Shown here piece after piece: positions 37,802-50,566 of a DNA stretch of 64,000 nucleotides. The position numbers and the translations under genes are program-made. Source of the stretch: Marsupella aquatica (lineage: Eukaryota > Plantae > Marchantiophyta); the NCBI GenBank assembly GCA_973895155.1, contig OZ316892.1:14438861-14502860 (forward strand), written 5' to 3'. The notes under the pieces were generated by a model. The model had not been told where the DNA came from. It saw only the letters and a program-made list of their open reading frames with translations, and ran no database searches. Position 1 is the stretch's first letter, and the number at the start of each line of letters is the position of its first letter.

Positions 37802-40800
37802 GATTGCTGACTCGGTTGTCTAGTTGCATCACCACCCCTGTCTTCTTGCGGCGACATTTGGATTGCTGGCCGTGCCCTTTCCTGGCTGCCCATGATTGAA
37901 GATTTGATACTTCATCGCTGTCCTCTGGGAACGTTATTTTGGGATTCGGTTGCCATTCCCTTTTCGGGCATGGCCGTGTTTGTAAACTTGAGACTCTGGT
38001 GCTCTTCTGGGTCTTCTGGCTCTGGAGCTCTTCTGGCAACATTTCGATTCGCTGACTATTCTCTTTTGCGCTGCCTATGGTTGTAAATGTACTTTATTCC
38101 TTCTCGTTCTAGTAACATTTGGGTTCGCGGGCCATTCCCTTTCCGTGCTGCCTATGGTTGTGAATTTGAGATTTTACCGCTTGCATTTCAACATTTTTAA
38201 TCGTGGGCCATTCCCTCTCCGGCCTCCCCACAATTTTCATTGTTCCCTACGGTTGACAATTTCATACTTATCGCTGAGTGAAAATTTGTTTTCAAGACAG
38301 TAACAATACGTATCGCGAATGCACTTTTCTGCGAGATCTGTCCCCCCGTTCTCCCCTCTCATGATTTGCACATCGCCTCGTTTTGGTACTTGTTTCGCAG
38401 CACGAGACGTGCTAACGGCCAGAACTTCAATACACACGAAATCAAGAAATCAAGAAATCAAGAACTCCGTAATCAGACCGAGGAACGTCGTCAGCAGCAC
38501 GAATTTGTATGGTACTCGATTTATCGTGACTTCTCTATCCACTCGTGGGTCCTTGCCATGATATAATAGTATACAGTCAATCTTTCTAATCCTAATTGCT
38601 GACCTCACGATCGTCATATAGTTATCAGTTTCCCAAACCCCACGTTTCACGTAACCTCACGTCACCCCTCAGCCGAGACGTCCAGTATTCCAAAAAATGT
38701 CATGCCGATGTCAAAAAATGAGCAGGTGGACCTTCTCTTCGTGGGGGTCCCTCTACTTTTGCGGAATTGGATCTCTCCGATGGTCTGGTTGGCCCCGATA
38801 TCTCTCTTACGTTATCGATCCCGAATCAAGCTCGAGGGATGCGCACAATCAATGCAATTATCTTATTGTAAAGAACATAAAGAGCGCGAATCCAAGCGGA
38901 GACTTCACGAGTTCGAATCAGGAGCCGCCCCGCCCCTCCCCGACAGTTCACTAATCAAGCCTATGATGATGACTAAGCTGCCAACCTCGACTGAATAGAG
39001 TTGGAACTCCGAACAGCATGCCTTTGACGTACAGGACAATCAAGCTGGCCAGCCAGTTTACCGACACGTTCCCGGGAATCTGCTTCCGGGCAAAACCTGC
39101 CTCGTATCCGTGTTCCACAAGGACAGGAACACGGTACTCTGTTTAGCGGGCACCCTTGCGTGCTGTCTAATTGCCTTCGTTACTGAACTTTACCCAACTA
39201 TGGAGACCAGGTCGATCATGTACCGAATTCTACTGATCATGAGCTCAAATCTGCTCCCCTTTTTTTTCGAATACTAAGGAAGTAGCAGAAAAGTCTCTGC
39301 TGATGGCTGCAATTCTATGGTTCTTTGCTTGGTCTAGCAAGGAAGGTGGAAGGCCGGGCCCGATTCAGAACGCTTAGTAAGGCTCTGGGTGGTGCCATCT
39401 GAGATCCAGAGTCTCCAGTCGGAGGGGTTCGCCAAAGCGGGGGAGGATAAAATAGCCGTGTACTGGTCTTTCAATATGTGGTCGCTGCGGTGAATGAGAC
39501 ATACTCGAAGGTGGAACTGCTCGTAATCGGTGGGAGTGCAAATGACACGGTATTTGATCATATTAGCTTTGTCCCGGTCGTTTTGGTCCACAGGGAGTCC
39601 CTTTTTGAAAATCTACTTTTGTTCTCGCTTTTTGAACTTCTCCATTTCCTGGATTGCATCTTCTTTCCATTGCCTTCACACCTCCTAAGCGTAACAAATT
39701 ACAAATGGTACACTTCAATCTGGTTATATTAGGGCCGTTCAATTAAGAAAATTATCATTATCACATGAGGGGTGGATGGCATATAAGCAGCCGGCAATCG
39801 GTGACGACGAACGGCAACAGAGATTAAATCCTCTCTTGCATCCTTTTGACCGTCCATAAGTAGCATTTTTCCACAAAAATAGCAATCAACCTATTCATTG
39901 TTACTCAATTGTGTGATCGTACATTAAATTCTCTCCTAGCTGATTAGCCATGAATTTTATCAAAAAAGTAGAAACGCAGGAATGATAACTACGTTTTTGC
40001 ACGAACCCTCCCTCTGCGAGGGGTTAGAGAAATAGGAATGCAGTTTAAAGGGTATTTTTGGATTAGAACCAAAGTTTGGCCCTTCAAATGGATAAGCTTT
40101 CCACCGACGTAGCACTACGGCCATTTTTACTGAAAGTATTCAATGTCTCAAAAGTGCAAAAGATCTCACTTCGATGATGTGCATGCACAGATGACACATG
40201 ACATATCAAGCAGTCCTCTTGGCATCTTGTTGACCGGGCCGATAAATTCCGAATCATAGAATTCTTCCTGGTTGTCGAGCCTCAACGATGAATAGAGGGT
40301 GCTGCAATACCCAGGAAAATTAGTTATTACGACATCATGTCAATGGACTGAGTAATGGACTTCTAATCTTACCGTGTCCCCTTTTGAGCTCTAGAAATCG
40401 TCACTCGAGTTAGTCTATAGTCATGGATCGACTATAAGGCTCTTGAGTTTAGAGAACAATACATTGTGAGCAGAAAAGTGATTACTCAGGATTACTTCAC
40501 ATTCCAACGACCTTTTGGGACAATTAAAATCTCTAACTGAGTCGACCTTCATGGAAAAAACAACTTCTGCAGTAGACCGTTTAAATTCTGTATTGGTTCC
40601 TTCTGTAGTGTTTAAATGAACCAACATAGAATTTGGAAGCAGTCCAGTATAAGTTATTGAAGACAGCTCATGAAGAACGGTAAAGTCATCAATTTGATCT
40701 GCCGAGAACTCCTAGGCAATTTCTTCCAGTACACATCACTAACCTGTTGGAGTAAATTTTACTTGTGCGGTATTTTAGAGTTCTTCATCGATCTGACCAC

Positions 40801-42337
40801 CTCCCATTGGTTTTAACTTTCAGGTGTAAAAACAACTGTTTAAAGCTAAAGGTGAGAAATCATGGTCTGTGCAGCGGAGCAGCCAGAGACACAGTCGATG
40901 AGACAGCCAAAGTCTCCCAAAGGTCAGCTTGAAGTTTGCATTCAGATCACAGCTACCAATATATTCTCACCGACAAGACTGGGTGGACACGTGTGAGAAA
41001 AATGAATCATCACACCACAACACAACTCAAGGCGAGAAGTCGGGGGAAACAAGAAAACAATGACTCAGAGCTGCTTCCCACCATCTGAATGCACTTCCGA
41101 GTTTCTTTCTGGGTAAACGAGTACAAGAATTACTACAACGAGCCAAGAGGCAATTTGAAGACTCACATACGGTGTGGGCAGCACCGTTAAAAGTTAGGCG
41201 AACAGATCGCTTGATCAGAAAATGGTCAGGCTCTTTCTAGCTTCTTATCTACATCTGCTATGCCACATTTGTGTCAGCTTAAAAATCAACAACAAATGTT
41301 TTTGTGCTTACAGAAGAATTGCTGTGCAGCAGTACACTTGCCTATTTTTGTTTTTGTTGTGAGTTAAATTAAAGCGTCGTTTGATGGTGAGTTTTACAAC
41401 TGTCAAAGCAGGGCAGTGTTGAAGAAGGTAAAGCTGATATTGCCCTGGAAGAGTAGCGCATTCGGAATGGTGGGAATCAAAACAAGTAGAAATTGCACGG
41501 CGGCGGGAACCAGGCACATTCTGCAAGGCCAAGGCTATGGGATAGCAAGATTAATAAGCCGACGCTTTTACGTGCTCGCATAAATTACTTCATAGCAGAT
41601 GTTACCCGTCCCAAAATTCAGACCTGAAGACTCAAGAAGAAGAGTATCGCGGCCGCATCATCCTGACGCTTTGAATTTGACCGTTCACGATTAAGCTGCA
41701 AGGAGGCACTTGAATTACATGTTTCTTGCATGGCAGGCAATCAATCAAATGGCTTACGGGAGGAGATCAATTAACCTGCTTTAAGTAACAATGTAACTTA
41801 AAGAGGCACAGGCGATAAGCACTACGACTCGAGAAGCACCTAGTCTTCTTTAGATCTTCGCCAGCTCTTCTAGGTATGCACCCAACCAATGACAGCAGTG
41901 TTCTTGTATACGCTGAAATTTTCTTCCCTCCAAACCACGGCCGTCGATATCAAAATACCATATTCAAACACTCGACAAGGCTGGCATACCTGCAACTTTC
42001 CAACAATAAGATTTACAGAGGATGGGTCATCCTTCGCTCTCCAGCTTGGCTCTTTTACATCCTGCATATGAACCCCTCAATAAACGTGACAAACTGCCCA
42101 AACCCTTTTAGTTCCCAACCATATTTCTCCATGGCTTGCTGGCTGGCCCGACTATTCGATGTTTTGGATGTTGATTTTTTTCTCTCTTTTGCATCAAATT
42201 GTGACACGTTAACAAATTTACAAAGCTATGGCTAAATGTTGCCCTCTGTCAACTCGTCTGGTAAGCCAGGTGAGTATCCTGTGTTGCCGCTACCCCGCCA
42301 TGCAGTTCTTCCATTGCCTTCTTGTTGGACGCTACAG

Positions 42338-42562
42338 AATTCCCAACATTCTCCTTTTCGCTAACATCTTCATTGGTGGTTGCTACATGAAGGTTAGACA
42401 AAGAGCAAACCCAATTTTTGATCATAGCAGACAGTAGATTTGCGTGGCCAATTCCCAACATTCTTCTTTTCGCTAACATTTTCATTGGTGGCTGCTACAT
42501 TAAAGTCTAGATAAAGAGCAGACCCAAATTTTGAACATAGCAGACAGTAGATTTGCGTGGCC
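42338..42562. repeat. ~112-bp tandem duplication, 2 copies
   Basis: AATTCCCAACATTCT.CTTTTCGCTAACAT...CATAGCAGACAGTAGATTTGCGTGGCCA occurs twice. Confidence 0.9.
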
Positions 42563-44415
42563 ATTTGCGTCCAGGCACAGGAATAAGATTCAAAGATAGC
42601 GGGCACAACAAAATCTTGGAAGAGATTGATGAGCTTAGATCACCATGCCAGGCAGAGAGTACAAAAGAGGCAGGTAACTCTATCAATAGTTTAGGTTACA
42701 TCAACAGCCACCAGAGGTTGGGAAGGGTAACACAAAATGAAAATATATGAAGATAATGTATGCCAACGCGACCGAAACGCACTTAAGACTCACCAACCTG
42801 ATCCACATTACATTTACTTGCTCACCTTTCAATCTCTAGCATAACTTGGAGGACAATGCAAGAAGGGCTGCAGTTACCGCGGATCCCCATAGTAACACTC
42901 GAAAACAGGTTTCTCAACATGAAAACCACATTATCTCTTTGTGACCAAATCACTCTTGTAGACTGATACTCGTTGAGATTTTATTACTGTTGATAATGAG
43001 GCACCAAAGTTGGAGAGACGAGACACAGCTTTATCTGAACATAGGGCATCCCACAATGGAGGCGAAAGGTGTCGGTCACGATGCTGCAACATTCGAGATA
43101 ACGCTGCCCAGAATAACGAGATAACGTGTGCAAAAAACCCTGCAGCAAAACCGGCAATGACAGCAAAAACAGATGGAATGGGAAGTGTGCGAGTAAGCTT
43201 GGACGAGAGCTCAGCGGAACTGTGTATAACAGTGGACCACAATACTGACGTACAAGCCTACACTTTTTAGAATTCCAAGAGATACAAAAGAGAATACAAA
43301 GCAAATCCAATGGAGCGCAGCATGTTATTCAAAGAAAGAAATGAAAGCAAACAAATAAAGAGGCAGAGAATCAATATACCAGGTTGCTTCAACATCCTGT
43401 GCGGTAGTCGTCCAGAACAAGTTGTTTCCTTGCGTCCCACCTTTGCCTTTCATTATGTCATGTACTGGATCTCAAGCACTTTATTTCACACAGCCGAATT
43501 TGTATAAACGATGAACTCTTTACTTCGGTTCCAAATTTTGCCTTCCATTATGCATTGTCCTGAATCTAAAGAATTATTTACAAGCAGTGTTTGTGGGATC
43601 GATGACCTTCTGCACTTTCAAATTGACTTGTCCCTTGATTGTAACCCACCAAGAGTTGTGAGAATTGCTCTGAAACGACAAATGAAAGCCCTCCTTGTTG
43701 GAAGAAAAAACCAATCCCTCTGGAGCGAAGAGAAGGGTCTGGCGCTTTGGACACTAATCTTAGAAGTTCGTCCTGAGCACTCTTGCAATCGGATTATGCA
43801 CATCTATTCTGTATACTGTCTTTTCTTCAACTACCCAATGTTTTTTGTCAGCCGCAACGATCTATCTCTTATCTGTGGCAGCACCGATTTTCATCTTTTG
43901 AAACTACTATAGCTAACTCGGCTTGACCAAGGATGGTAATGTGCAATACGCTCGAGACGCCGTGCCCAGCCAACTCTCCAACAAACGGCTATATCAGCAC
44001 CATGTTCCACGCTTTCTCCTCCTCTCTGCATTAAACTCTTCCTAAAGTACCTACGATACTTTGCGCTTCTGCTGATACTGGATGTGTTCGTGGGAGTACG
44101 CGGGATCTGGTGTATCAGAGGCGCGGTACCAAGTTGCAGTCATCCGATCATCCTTCACCTCATAGCTATCTGCTAGTGTTTTGCCCCAACCAAGGAGAGG
44201 AAACGCACCGGTTTCTGTTTGAAGTTTCCTCCCTCCGTTCTCAGAATCTATTACTACCTATGTAATGGCTTCGCTTGACTGCGACAACTCCGCATTGTCT
44301 TGGGAGATCTTTCCTTTGGCAGAAACGTCAGCGATCTATCTTCATTCCCTATTGGTGACCCCTACAGCTCGTTCTTCTCTTTCAATAAATGTCTCCAGGG
44401 TCGGGCTCTGTCAGT

Positions 44416-44808
44416 TCACCACCAACCCGAACGAACAGGAGGTGGTGGAGGCTGCCAAGGACCCTGGAATACGCTGCGAAGAGGAATGAGCATGAGCAGG
44501 GCGAAGATGACCGCCACAAGTAGGATGGAAGTCGTCATATTCTGAGTGATGGACTCCATGAAGGGTGACGGTGGTGAGCGCGGCTCCATCGGGTTGACTT
44601 GAGGGATCCCGAAGGCCTGCACTGCGAGGACCAAGCATACGGGGATTAAGAATGCGCCCACGACGAAATGCGTCTGTACCTGCGCCATCGTGGATGTCCA
44701 ATAGTTGGGATCGTATGCTATCATACTCGGGATTGTCATCATCGTTCCCAAAAGGAAGAGTAGGATAATGGGAATCACCGGCGATGGAGGCTCCCCTGGT
44801 ACATCCAT
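44416..44808 (-). CDS. Small plant membrane protein with three hydrophobic segments, ~130 aa, single coding exon
   Basis: MDVPGEPPSPVIPIILLFLLGTMM...FVVGAFLIPVCLVLAVQAFG...SILLVAVIFALLMLIPLRSVFQGPWQPPPPP. The layout (Pro-rich start, three hydrophobic stretches, S-x-F-Q-x-x-W-x-P tail) recalls an uncharacterised plant transmembrane family. Confidence 0.7.
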   Translation of the reverse strand: MDVPGEPPSPVIPIILLFLLGTMMTIPSMIAYDPNYWTSTMAQVQTHFVVGAFLIPVCLVLAVQAFGIPQVNPMEPRSPPSPFMESITQNMTTSILLVAVIFALLMLIPLRSVFQGPWQPPPPPVRSGWW

Positions 44809-45434
44809 CGAGAGCAGGAGTGCGGAGTCTAGACAAAATCGATGAGGGAACACGCCAGCACTCGGCGGAGAAACTACTATGGACCTTCGCACTGAAATGA
44901 TTCAGCCAGAAGTTCTCTTACAGCAGTTAGTTACTCCCTCTTTACAGCCCGAGAGCAAGCAAAGTACTGCTCCCCTAAATTCTAACACCTCTTTTTCACA
45001 CCAGTTACTCAAAACATGCAGCTCTGAAACTCAAGATCATGATCGCCCAAAACATGTAGAGGTCAATGGAAGGAATCTGTGAATTTTTGGATCTGCTTCT
45101 CTTCAGACAACCCTTCCAAAGGTCTAGAGAGGAGAAAGAGCCGGGCGAGATCTCGTGCAAACGTTCAGAGGGCATGCGCCATGAATGGCTGCAAATCTAG
45201 CCCAAAATTCATGCCATTACTTCCAATAAAATTGCCCACAATCCGAAACTCGTCCTCATAAGGTGACAGGTTAGTCTTGTTTGCGTGTCGCCTACTGTTC
45301 AAAGCAATGCACGGGCGAAGTGGAAGGCGTGGTAGACATGTTGAGAACTTCTAATGAGCCTCCTTAGCATCAAAGTTTCTTTAGTTTGAATTGAAGGTCA
45401 TACTCCAGCGAAGTGGCTGTCCACATGAGGCGCA

Positions 45435-45597
45435 GTCGGCTGGCTATTCCGTCGGCTGGCTATTCCGTGAGCACTGTAGGTACAGTGTTCATGCACGACC
45501 AGAGGCAAGTAAACCCAGAACGATTGAGAGACAGGGTCAATGTGTTCATGCACGACCCGCAAGTAAACCCAGAACGATTGAGGGACAAGGCTCAATG
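45435..45597. repeat. Adjacent short tandem duplications (16 bp x2; ~56 bp x2)
   Basis: GTCGGCTGGCTATTCC x2, then GTGTTCATGCACGACC..GCAAGTAAACCCAGAACGATTGAG.GACA x2. Confidence 0.85.
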
Positions 45598-46340
45598 AAC
45601 CGAGATCGTGCTTCACTTGTTACACATGTTGCCAGAAGTACCCAAGTTTTGTAAGAGTCATTCAGACAGAACATAAGCTCGGCTCGGTCTCCAGGTCACA
45701 TAATTGCCAAACTCCTTCGAATCCAGCAGAGACGCAGATAGACACATCAGGACAGGGGATGTTCCTCTGTATTCAAAATTGCTCAATCCATTCACCTTAG
45801 CACAAATCCCGAATGTTGGAAGAGAGAATTCTTCCTCGTTAGCAGACCAACTGCTGTGACAAACTCTCTCTTTCAATCTAAAACTTCAATGCTTATCGAA
45901 TTGCCTCGAGATTCGCTGTGAACTTATACATCGTTCTGTGAAAGAGCCGGAGCAGTCACCAACGGACGAGTGGGCTGGGCCTTCGCATCCAAAGCAACGG
46001 ACTGTAATGTACATTGCAATGGCCCGTTGTCTGCCTCTGCAGTCCTGTCAAAGCTCCGTCCCGCTGTACAGTTGTTGGTTTCGGAAAGTACATTTTGTGA
46101 GTACAATAATGCAGGAAGGCAATAAAATAACATTTATAGCACCAACTAAAGATACTATCCACAACAACAATATATAACAGAGTGCCAAAGAGCAGGAGGC
46201 ACTGAACCACCGGGAGACAGGATCCCACAAGCCAAAAAACCAAATCAAGGGAAAACAAGAAAAAAGGTTAGAAGGCCAAAGAGCAAAAACAAAAAACCCA
46301 GGCACAAGCCCAGTCCAAGGAGAACAAAGGACACACAAAC

Positions 46341-49300
46341 CTAAAGACTACCCAACGGCAAAGTGAAGGGCCTGATAAAGCTCCGTCGTGAACTGCATAG
46401 GGGGTCAAGCAATGGAATCCGACTAGATGCCCTGACTCCAACTACCTCTCCTCTACGAAGGATAGTGAAGGCATGTGCTCGCTGAAGTGCAATGGACACC
46501 CGCTGTCTAAAAAATGCTGTGATAACAGAGACGGGTGGATAAGGCCGCTGCTCGACATAATGAACCGCACAGGAGCGCAAGAAATGATCAAAAGTTGGGT
46601 GCAGCGCTCCAAAGACCTCCACGGAAAACGGGTAGAAAAGGTCCCCGGGGTAACGCGTACCATAAGCCTCCTCCTTGAGGCGAGCAGCCCTCGTGGCAGC
46701 ATGACCTGGGATATGGACAGCGGACGCCAAATTGGCTCCACTCGTGGGGTCAGCAACAACCACAACCCCAAGGGCACAAACACCAGCGTGAGAGAAAACC
46801 AAATCGGCCCAACGCCTGTCTGGAACTCCATCCCGGGGTGGTAACACATGTCGTTGCTCCATCATAACATGATACCCGGAATCACGAGCGATGGCGGCGA
46901 CCACATCCCGTATGTCATCGTGTGTCACCGTCCGCTCACTACCATGACCACATCATAGGATATGGATTCCCCCCTATCCAAGGGCGCTCCACAAACGCAT
47001 GTGGGTTGCCCAAGGAGACATGGGTGGGGAAGACCAAGTCGGAGGCGCATGGAAGTGGTGAAGACAAAAGAACTCATACGAAAGGGGGCCCACAATGGGC
47101 TCGCAGATAACCAAGCCCCCGAACCAACGCCCGAACCGGATAAAAGACGCGCTCAAACCAAGTCAGAAGGTGCGTCAGAAAGCATGCTAGAAAGGGTGAA
47201 TTGGTGCATGCAATGAAAGATCACCTGTTGAACTTGGTCCGGACTGTCCAAAATAACTCCCTCAAAAGCAGGGACCACGCTTTGCACATCCTCCGGTAAT
47301 AAGGACCGGGCATGACGAAACTGGACCTGAAAAGGGAGAGCTCCGTTCTCCACTCCCATGACCGAGTCAGGCGGGGAGTCAGAGAGGATAGGCCGAAGGT
47401 CCACAATGAAATGTGACGCCAAGGCAAGGGCCACTTGCGCCCAACAGCCAAGAAACGCACAAGGAGCAGCAACCACAGCCGAGGACACCCCCAAACCACC
47501 TCCCGAAGGGGGCAGAGACGCCTGCCTAGCCCCAAAAGAACCATCCTCTCCATCAAGGGCTCCTGGACCGATGAGGTGACCAAAGACCTGCATCACGGTG
47601 GCGTCAAAGGAAGAGAGCAAGGACAAAAACGCTGGGGTGGGGGGGACCGTCCGCAGAAGGTAGGATGGTCGGCGAACAAAACACAAAACCATAATCAAGA
47701 AGGCAATCTGGACATCTCCTAGAGCCACCAGCTGGTCAAGGTGCAAAACATCCTGGTCCAAGGCAGACTGAAAAAACTCCTGCTCAAAGGCCATCCCCCC
47801 AAACGGCACCCCAAGGACCCGAATGCCATCATGTCTAATGGGGATATCAAGAGGGGGGAGAATGAGTCCGGGAGAGGAAGACGGGACCAATCCCCACACT
47901 TCCTAGGCTGTACTGACAAACCAATAATGGCAAGCTGCTGAACAAAATGGATATAGGCATCTCCAATAAGCAAAGCAGGAGCAACAATGTGAGTATCGTC
48001 AGCAACAGAAGGGAACAAGCAACCTGGAAAGGCATCGGAAGAAGCCCGGATGGCCCGAAGATGAGCCAAGGCGAACAACGCATCACCAAGGGGAACCCCC
48101 TGCCGAGTGCCGAACTCTGACATAATGGTGGAGTATGTCCCAGACGCCAGATGGTCAGAGTAGACCAAGGGGGCTGGGGTCCCATAAAAAGCCCAAGCAA
48201 AAGGAATGAGGGATGCAATCTGCCCCCCAGCATCCCGAAGCTCCTCGAAAATCACACGACGGGAGATAGAGTTGAAGGCATTGGCAACATCCACCTGAAT
48301 GACCCCCCCCCCAATCAGGGTGGAGGTCCAAAACGGCCCGCAAGCCATGTACCACACTCTCACAACCGCCCGAGGTGGCCACGCCAAACTAGTGGGGGAA
48401 GAAGTGTGAAGCAAACAGGGCCCTCATCTGTAAACAAATGCAACGGCTAACCAAATGATACAGGACCTCCCCAATGGCCAGGGGTCGAACACCACCCGTC
48501 TCCTTGGCCATAGCCATGAGCCGACATGCCCCCAAGAGCCGAGCGACAACAGGCGGAATGCGGCCACCTGCAACATGAGCACACACCTGGAACAACTCCG
48601 GGAAACCCGACGCCGAGTCATCGGGGGAGAAGCAGTCCCTGAGGTGCTCAAACCTCATCCCAGAGATGCCCCCAACGGAAAGACGGGGCAAATGGAGGAA
48701 GACAAAGGAAAAAATCTCGCGAGAAAGGGAGAACTAAACCTCCGGAGAGAATCTCCCAATGAAACCTGGAACCGCGCAAGAAGCCGGAGGATGAAGGGAC
48801 CGAAGGGCCGCAACAGTCTCGACCGAAGGAGGAGAGGGGGAAAGGGGAACCAAGGAATGTGTGGCCCGAGAGAACTCCCCCTCCTGTCCCAACAAAAGGC
48901 ATTGGCAAAGGCGGCGCTGTACAGGAGGGACCAACGGTTCCTCCTCAACCTCAGAGGCCAATGCAAGAAGCCGGTGATAGAACTCCTCCTGAAGCAAAAC
49001 CCAGTCCCCCGACAAAAACTGTTGCAACCTGGCAATGGTCTCTCTATGCCCAGTCGGGCCCCCACGAGGAGGGAGAGTCAACACCCAATGAGGAAGCAAG
49101 AGGAGAAGGGACCAGGCACCAACATCAGTGGGGTCACGCGCTAGCCGGTCAAAAGGAAGACGAAAGGCCTGCTGAAGCAGGGGCTGCAAGGGCACATGAA
49201 TCCGGGTATATAGTCATGGATGCCGAAAACCGGGATAAAGAGCCGCAAGGACATCTAGGTGGGCCAGCCAATCCCAGGAAGAAGGGGGGGCAGACGGGGG

Positions 49301-49547
49301 AGGGGGAAGGGGGCAGGGGGTAGCATAGAGGAGGAGGAAGCACGAAGAGCGGGACATGAGCGACGGTGGCGAGTCAGACCAGATGGTTGGTACCAACTGT
49401 GACAAGCATCACACTGGACACGGGAATCAGAAGGGGAAGTGGGGGGGAAGAGGGAGGGAACCGGCGAGCTGAGCGAGGGTTGGAAGATGGTGAAGCCATA
49501 GGGACAGGGGTGGTAGGTGGGGAACTAGGATAGGAGGGGGGTTCCAT
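46341..49547 (-). pseudogene. Disrupted retrotransposon polyprotein: C2HC zinc finger - reverse transcriptase - CCHC knuckle - restriction-like endonuclease
   Basis: CDACHSWYQPSGLTRHRRSC (49413-49354); GGISGMRFEHL; KETGGVRPLAIGEVL; QVDVANAFNSISR; GTRQGVPLG; SVADDTH (~48006-47995); VLGVPFG; GGGLG; SGAWL; RLRLGLP..CVCG..H..C; THDDIRD..E..RWADL..K..YG..FYPFSVEVFGAL. Several stops and frameshifts. Confidence 0.9.
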
Positions 49548-49859
49548 GGGAAAATGTTGGGAAAAAGCTGAGATAAAGGGTGGAGGCAAAGGAAAAGAAA
49601 ATAAATGAACGGAACAATGAGAAAAGAGTACAAGAACAACACCGGAAAACACGAGCAAAACAAAAACGGAAACAAAGGAACAAGGGATGGATGTCCAAGG
49701 CAAAGAACCTCAACCCGATAGTGGCAAGCCGCGCTGAACACAGAAACCCGAAGGAATGCCTCCAAAGACCGAACAAAAAAACCCCGCAGTCGCAGAGCTA
49801 GAGTGCGAACGGGTACCGCCGCTGGTGGGGGCCCAACCCCACCAACCAAACTAGGGCTG

Positions 49860-50203
49860 TGTTAGATATTGCTCTAGTCTGGTGACTCATGAGCTAACCA
49901 TAGTTAGTCTAACTCGGGTTAGGACTTAGCTAATGTTAGCGGTAGTGTTGTTGTGTATATAGCCAGAGCTGATGCCAGACCCTGGTGGAACTTAGGCTCA
50001 TTGTTACGGAGCTACTTGAGAGATAGGGAGAGCTTGTGCTGTGGATGCTTGGTATGGCCGGTCGGCCTAGAGTGCAATAAAGCTCTTGTGTGTTCCCGTG
50101 GACGTAGTCTCATGTGGAGGTGAACCACGTATCTCTCTGTGTCGACTATTGTGCGTTGGATGGTTCATGGGCTTGCCATTGCGAATGTCATCTATGCTCA
50201 ACA
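49860..50203 (+). mobile_element. Solo LTR (344 bp), probably Ty1/Copia type, nested in the CRE 5' UTR
   Basis: TGTT...AACA termini; 5-bp flanks GGCTG (49855-49859) and GGCCG (50204-50208); TATATA at 49956; AATAAA at 50076; CCCGTGGACGTAG...GAACCACGTA motif typical of plant Copia LTRs. Confidence 0.85.
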
Positions 50204-50566
50204 GGCCGGGGCCGCCAAGCACAAAACCGCAAAGGAAAACCGGGGCCGCCAACCCAAAAAACCCTACCCAACCGGAGGGGGGGAGCGACCTTCCCAGGCC
50301 CAAGGCCGTCTATCCCGGGCACAGGGCCGCCCTTCCCTGGCGCAGGGCAGAGCCGGGAGCGTCAGCCCAGGCTGACGACCTCCGCTCCTGGGGGCCGGGG
50401 GACCCTAATTATTACCCCTACGCCTCCCGAAACTCTTCCGCTCCTCGCCGCAGCTTGCCCGGTTGCTGCTCCACCTTCGCCCGGTCCCTTGCCGCTGCTT
50501 GCGGCTCGCCGCTCGCTTGGTAGAGGCGAGCCTTTTTGGGCCTCAAGACCAAATGCCTTTTGGTGA

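Larger units (their letters stand above)
46160..50545 (-). mobile_element. CRE-clade (RLE-type) non-LTR retrotransposon, near full length, decayed
   Basis: Single disrupted ORF at ~49547-46341, a pyrimidine-rich 3' UTR at ~46340-46160, and a GC-rich 5' UTR to ~50545 interrupted by a solo LTR. Ends are approximate; no TSD was found. Confidence 0.88.

Noticed and set aside
44411-44836. 141-aa overlapping minus-strand ORF
   Set aside because: It has a non-ATG start and is an alternative frame of the membrane-protein gene, with no recognisable features.
48455-49323. 229-aa and 154-aa + strand ORFs
   Set aside because: They are antisense shadows of the GC-rich retrotransposon ORF with no recognisable domain.
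50403-50420. Telomere-like CCCTAA near the CRE 5' end as a target site
   Set aside because: A single hexamer with no array at either junction is expected by chance.
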